DNA of 64,000 bases from Methanobacteriota archaeon. Its GTDB lineage: Archaea > Thermoplasmatota > Thermoplasmata > SG8-5 > JAGLSY01. The position numbers and the translations under genes are program-made. The DNA lies in NCBI GenBank assembly GCA_020696385.1, contig JAEHCQ010000001.1, positions 256,001 to 320,000 of the forward strand, in the 5' to 3' direction. Shown one piece after another: positions 60,943-64,000 of this stretch; the stretch's first letter is position 1, and the number at the start of each line of letters is the position of its first letter. Under the pieces are notes generated by a model. That model worked only from the letters and a program-made list of their open reading frames with translations. It ran no database searches and had not been told where the DNA came from.

Positions 60943-62113
60943 TGAAAAGAAGTATATCAAGGGCGATAAGCTGAAGGCATTGTATGACCAAACACTCCTC
61001 TGCACGTCCTGTGGATATTGTAAATCCGTATGCCCGGCCTTCAAGGGCACATTATGGGACCACAATACAGCCAGATCGAAGATGGTGCTGGCCTATGGTC
61101 TGTTGCAAGGCGACATACCAGTGGATGATTCAGTTGTTCAATCCATATTCGAATGCACCACCTGCGGAGATTGTATGCGCAGGTGTCCTTCCAATGTCAA
61201 GACAGTCGATGTGCTCATGGCTGCCAGGCAGGAACTGGCAGGCTTACATGAGGTTCCAGAGACCATGGAATTGGCTCTGGAAAATATTGAGAAGTTCGGC
61301 AATCCACAGGGAGAGCCAGCATCAGCCAGGGAGGAGTTCCTTCCAGATGAGGCAAAGGCCAAGCTGAGAACTGGCGGAGATGTACTGGTATTCCTGGGAT
61401 GCGTCGCTTCCAATACGGATATGAAGGTGACATCCGCCATTTTCAAGATACTGGAAAGGGCAGGAGTGAGCTACACCACACTTGGAGAGAAGGAGCCATG
61501 CTGTGGCTTCCTCAATTATCTGGCTGGTTACGAATCCGATGCCTTTGGAAAAAGTCTTCTGGAGCAGATCGAGACATTGAACCCGAGACCGAAAATGGTG
61601 GTCACGCCCTGTCCCGGATGCTACAGGACACTCCATCACATCTATCCCGAGAGCGGAGTGGATCTCGGCCTGGATTCCAGGCACATACTGGAATTCTTTG
61701 ACGAGCTTATCGAGAAAGGCGATCTCATTGTTACCAAGAAGCTAGAGGGGAATGTCCTTTACCACGACCCTTGTGATCTCGGTCGCCATGCGGAGATGTA
61801 TGACGAGCCCAGGAAATTGCTTTCACATTTTGCCGAAGTGAAGGAATTCAAATTCAATAGAGAACAAAGCCATTGCTGTGGAGGTGGGGGCGGTCTGCAA
61901 TCCACCAATTATGATATTTCATCATCCATGGCAAAAGCCAGACTTACCGAGGCCAATGAATTGGAGGGGGACTTCATTGTTTCCGCATGCCCGGCATGTA
62001 AATCCATGTTCTCCAATGCCGCATCTGATTTCAAAAAGGAGACTGGCAAGAAGTTCAAGGTCAGGGATCTGGTCGAGATAGTTCACAAGAACACCAAAGG
62101 CAGAGAAAGTTGA
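60935..62113 (+). CDS. Fe-S oxidoreductase with CCG domains (GlcF/HdrD-like)
   Basis: CTSCGYCKSVCP, CTTCGDCMRRCP, PCCG, YHDPCDLGR, HCCGGGGG. Confidence 0.9.
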   Translation: MSDEKKYIKGDKLKALYDQTLLCTSCGYCKSVCPAFKGTLWDHNTARSKMVLAYGLLQGDIPVDDSVVQSIFECTTCGDCMRRCPSNVKTVDVLMAARQELAGLHEVPETMELALENIEKFGNPQGEPASAREEFLPDEAKAKLRTGGDVLVFLGCVASNTDMKVTSAIFKILERAGVSYTTLGEKEPCCGFLNYLAGYESDAFGKSLLEQIETLNPRPKMVVTPCPGCYRTLHHIYPESGVDLGLDSRHILEFFDELIEKGDLIVTKKLEGNVLYHDPCDLGRHAEMYDEPRKLLSHFAEVKEFKFNREQSHCCGGGGGLQSTNYDISSSMAKARLTEANELEGDFIVSACPACKSMFSNAASDFKKETGKKFKVRDLVEIVHKNTKGRES

Positions 62114-62277
62114 ATTATCTGTGAATGGCCACAAAGCATAAATAGGGTATATACGAAAAGATAAATATACTGTTCAGTATTACTGGGCATTATTCATATC
62201 AAGTTTGACAGACATACTGTGAAGTATAGTGGGCATACCCATGGTCATGTTTCGACTTGAATAAAAGGCGGAGGAAA

Positions 62278-63918
62278 ATGGCAGAAGCGGAAACAAGTGG
62301 TAGAATATGCCCCGTGTGCGATGAGAGCGTGCCGCTTGACTCAAAGTCATGTCCTTCCTGCAAGACCGATCTAACACTTTTTCAGGTTGATGGAGAAAGA
62401 GTGGAAATTGGAGAGGATGTCGAGATGGTGGGTCAGATTGACGGCCATATGGGCGACCTTATGAAGGCCGCGAATGGAGATCCTTATGCAACTCAGGCAC
62501 CTCAGGCAACTGCAGAAATGTTCGAATGTCCAGAATGTAATAAATTAATTCCAGAAGATGCCGCTGCTTGCCCAAATTGTGGCGTGGAATTTGCAGATGG
62601 AGATGTCTTCGAATGCCCATTATGCAAAACCCTGGTAGATATCAACACAGATGTGTGCCCCAGCTGTGGAGCGGAGTTTGGAGAGGATGAGGTTGAAGGG
62701 ACCGATGAAGTGGCCACTGAACCCATACCGGAACCAGTTACAGAGCCAATACCAGAGCCTGAGCCAGCAAAGGAACTGAGCTTTGCTGAAAGAATGAAGG
62801 CAATGAAAGAGGGCGGCTCCTCTGAGCCTGCTGCTGTTGCTGATCCCGTGGTCGCAAAAGAACCAGAGCCAGCTCCAGCAAAGGAACTGAGCTTTGCTGA
62901 AAGAATGAAGGCAATGAAAGAGGGAAAAGCACCCGATATCACACACACACCAGAGCCAGTCAAAGCACCAGTGGAAGAGCCAAAGGCGGAGCCAGTAGTA
63001 GAAGAATCGAAACCACAGCCAGTTGTTCAAGATAATATTCCTGCAAAGGTGGAACCAGCCCCGCAGGCACAACCTCAGCCCAGCCCGGAAAAGTCCCAGG
63101 CACCACCTGCGAAAGTGATATCCGCAGAGGACAGAGCCAATCTGAAACAGAAATACAAAGAATTACCAAAGCTCATTGGGGAAGTGAAGAGATATCTCGC
63201 TGTCGCTAAAAGATGCGAGATCAATGTGTCCAAAAGCAGAGGTCTCATTAACCAGGCTGTCGCGGCTGGAAAGAACAAGGATCTGGAAACCGCGGTAAGA
63301 TTGGTCGAAGAGGGAAAGGCAGGAATTAAAAAGATCATCTCCGAGCATATGGAAGAGAAGGTGCAAACTCTCAAGATCAAGGTCGATGAAGCAGCGACCA
63401 GTGGACAAACTTCGCCAATAATCCCAACCAGTATGGCGAAGATCCAGGAAGCTATGTCCGCATATGACTTTGACACTGTCCTTACAGAGGTCGAAAAGAT
63501 AGACTCATTGCTAAAAGAGACCGTGGGCGAAGATGTTCTGGATGCGAAGAGCGTTATCAGAAAAATGGGAATGACCATGGAGGATGCCCATGCGATGAAT
63601 ATCGAGATGGGAGAAGCTCTAAGCCTTTACAATGAGGCAAAGAAGGCTGCGGATAAGGAAGATTGGAACTCGGCCGCCATATTCGCGAAACAAGCCCAGG
63701 ACAGCCTGAATGAGATACTTCCCGTTCATATCAATACAGCCATGAAGAAGGCGAAAACAAGCTTGCTGGAAATAAAGATGATGAACATCGATATCGCCCA
63801 GCCAGTTGAGTTTCTGAAGAAAGCGAATATTGCAATGAAGGATAGGAACTATCCCGAGGCTCTACATTCGGTCAAGGAGTTCAAAGATTACCTTGACAAA
63901 GAGAATTATATTATGTGA
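62278..63918 (+). CDS. Triple zinc-ribbon protein with Pro-rich linker and helical C-terminal region
   Basis: Six CxxC pairs; SD GGAGG before ATG 62278. Confidence 0.8.
   Translation: MAEAETSGRICPVCDESVPLDSKSCPSCKTDLTLFQVDGERVEIGEDVEMVGQIDGHMGDLMKAANGDPYATQAPQATAEMFECPECNKLIPEDAAACPNCGVEFADGDVFECPLCKTLVDINTDVCPSCGAEFGEDEVEGTDEVATEPIPEPVTEPIPEPEPAKELSFAERMKAMKEGGSSEPAAVADPVVAKEPEPAPAKELSFAERMKAMKEGKAPDITHTPEPVKAPVEEPKAEPVVEESKPQPVVQDNIPAKVEPAPQAQPQPSPEKSQAPPAKVISAEDRANLKQKYKELPKLIGEVKRYLAVAKRCEINVSKSRGLINQAVAAGKNKDLETAVRLVEEGKAGIKKIISEHMEEKVQTLKIKVDEAATSGQTSPIIPTSMAKIQEAMSAYDFDTVLTEVEKIDSLLKETVGEDVLDAKSVIRKMGMTMEDAHAMNIEMGEALSLYNEAKKAADKEDWNSAAIFAKQAQDSLNEILPVHINTAMKKAKTSLLEIKMMNIDIAQPVEFLKKANIAMKDRNYPEALHSVKEFKDYLDKENYIM
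62764..62924 (+). repeat. Exact 50-bp coding direct repeat (PAKELSFAERMKAMKEG x2)
   Basis: 62764-62813 equals 62875-62924. Confidence 0.9.
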
Positions 63919-64000
63919 GAACCGGACCTCTAGGCCTAAAAGTTCTCAAAATAAATTATTTATTGATACCATATCAATAATCAGATCACATAAAAGATAT

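Noticed and set aside
60935-62113. Heterodisulfide reductase as evidence of methanogenesis
   Set aside because: CCG-domain protein coupled to a GlcD-family gene; no mcr or methyltransferase genes in the window.

Overview
Archaeal chromosomal window, most likely from an uncultured Thermoplasmata lineage. That placement is inferred from RFC, eL41, eL15, ArcS, type II Map, an intron-containing tRNA-Trp and zinc-ribbon/coiled-coil proteins. The window has four blocks. (1) 1-19 kb: housekeeping genes (rfcS, TPR protein, eL41, two-intron tRNA-Trp, folP, tsaC/sua5, map, thiI-like, eL15, hypB), a small AT-rich islet with a RelBE-type toxin-antitoxin pair, and a giant zinc-ribbon/coiled-coil operon. 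(2) 19.2-41.8 kb: a tandem array of five large secreted modular proteins sharing a ~170-aa Trp-rich domain. Three are intact S8 proteases, one is an S8 pseudoprotease lacking all three catalytic residues, and one is a non-protease with nested domains. (3) 42-62 kb: arcS, a DMT transporter and a compact TCA/reverse-TCA cluster: monomeric IDH, ATP-citrate lyase A/B, aconitase, SucCD, split class I fumarase, a LarA-family racemase and a GlcD/GlcF-like dehydrogenase. No malate dehydrogenase is present in the window. (4) A final zinc-ribbon protein. The most unusual signal is at three gene 3' ends (rpl15e, arcS and, more weakly, the coiled-coil gene). Each is followed by a second, synonymously recoded copy of its own tail, next to small CCCC...GGGG hairpin elements that partly resemble IS200/IS605 ends. 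All assignments come from manual motif recognition; no database searches were run.
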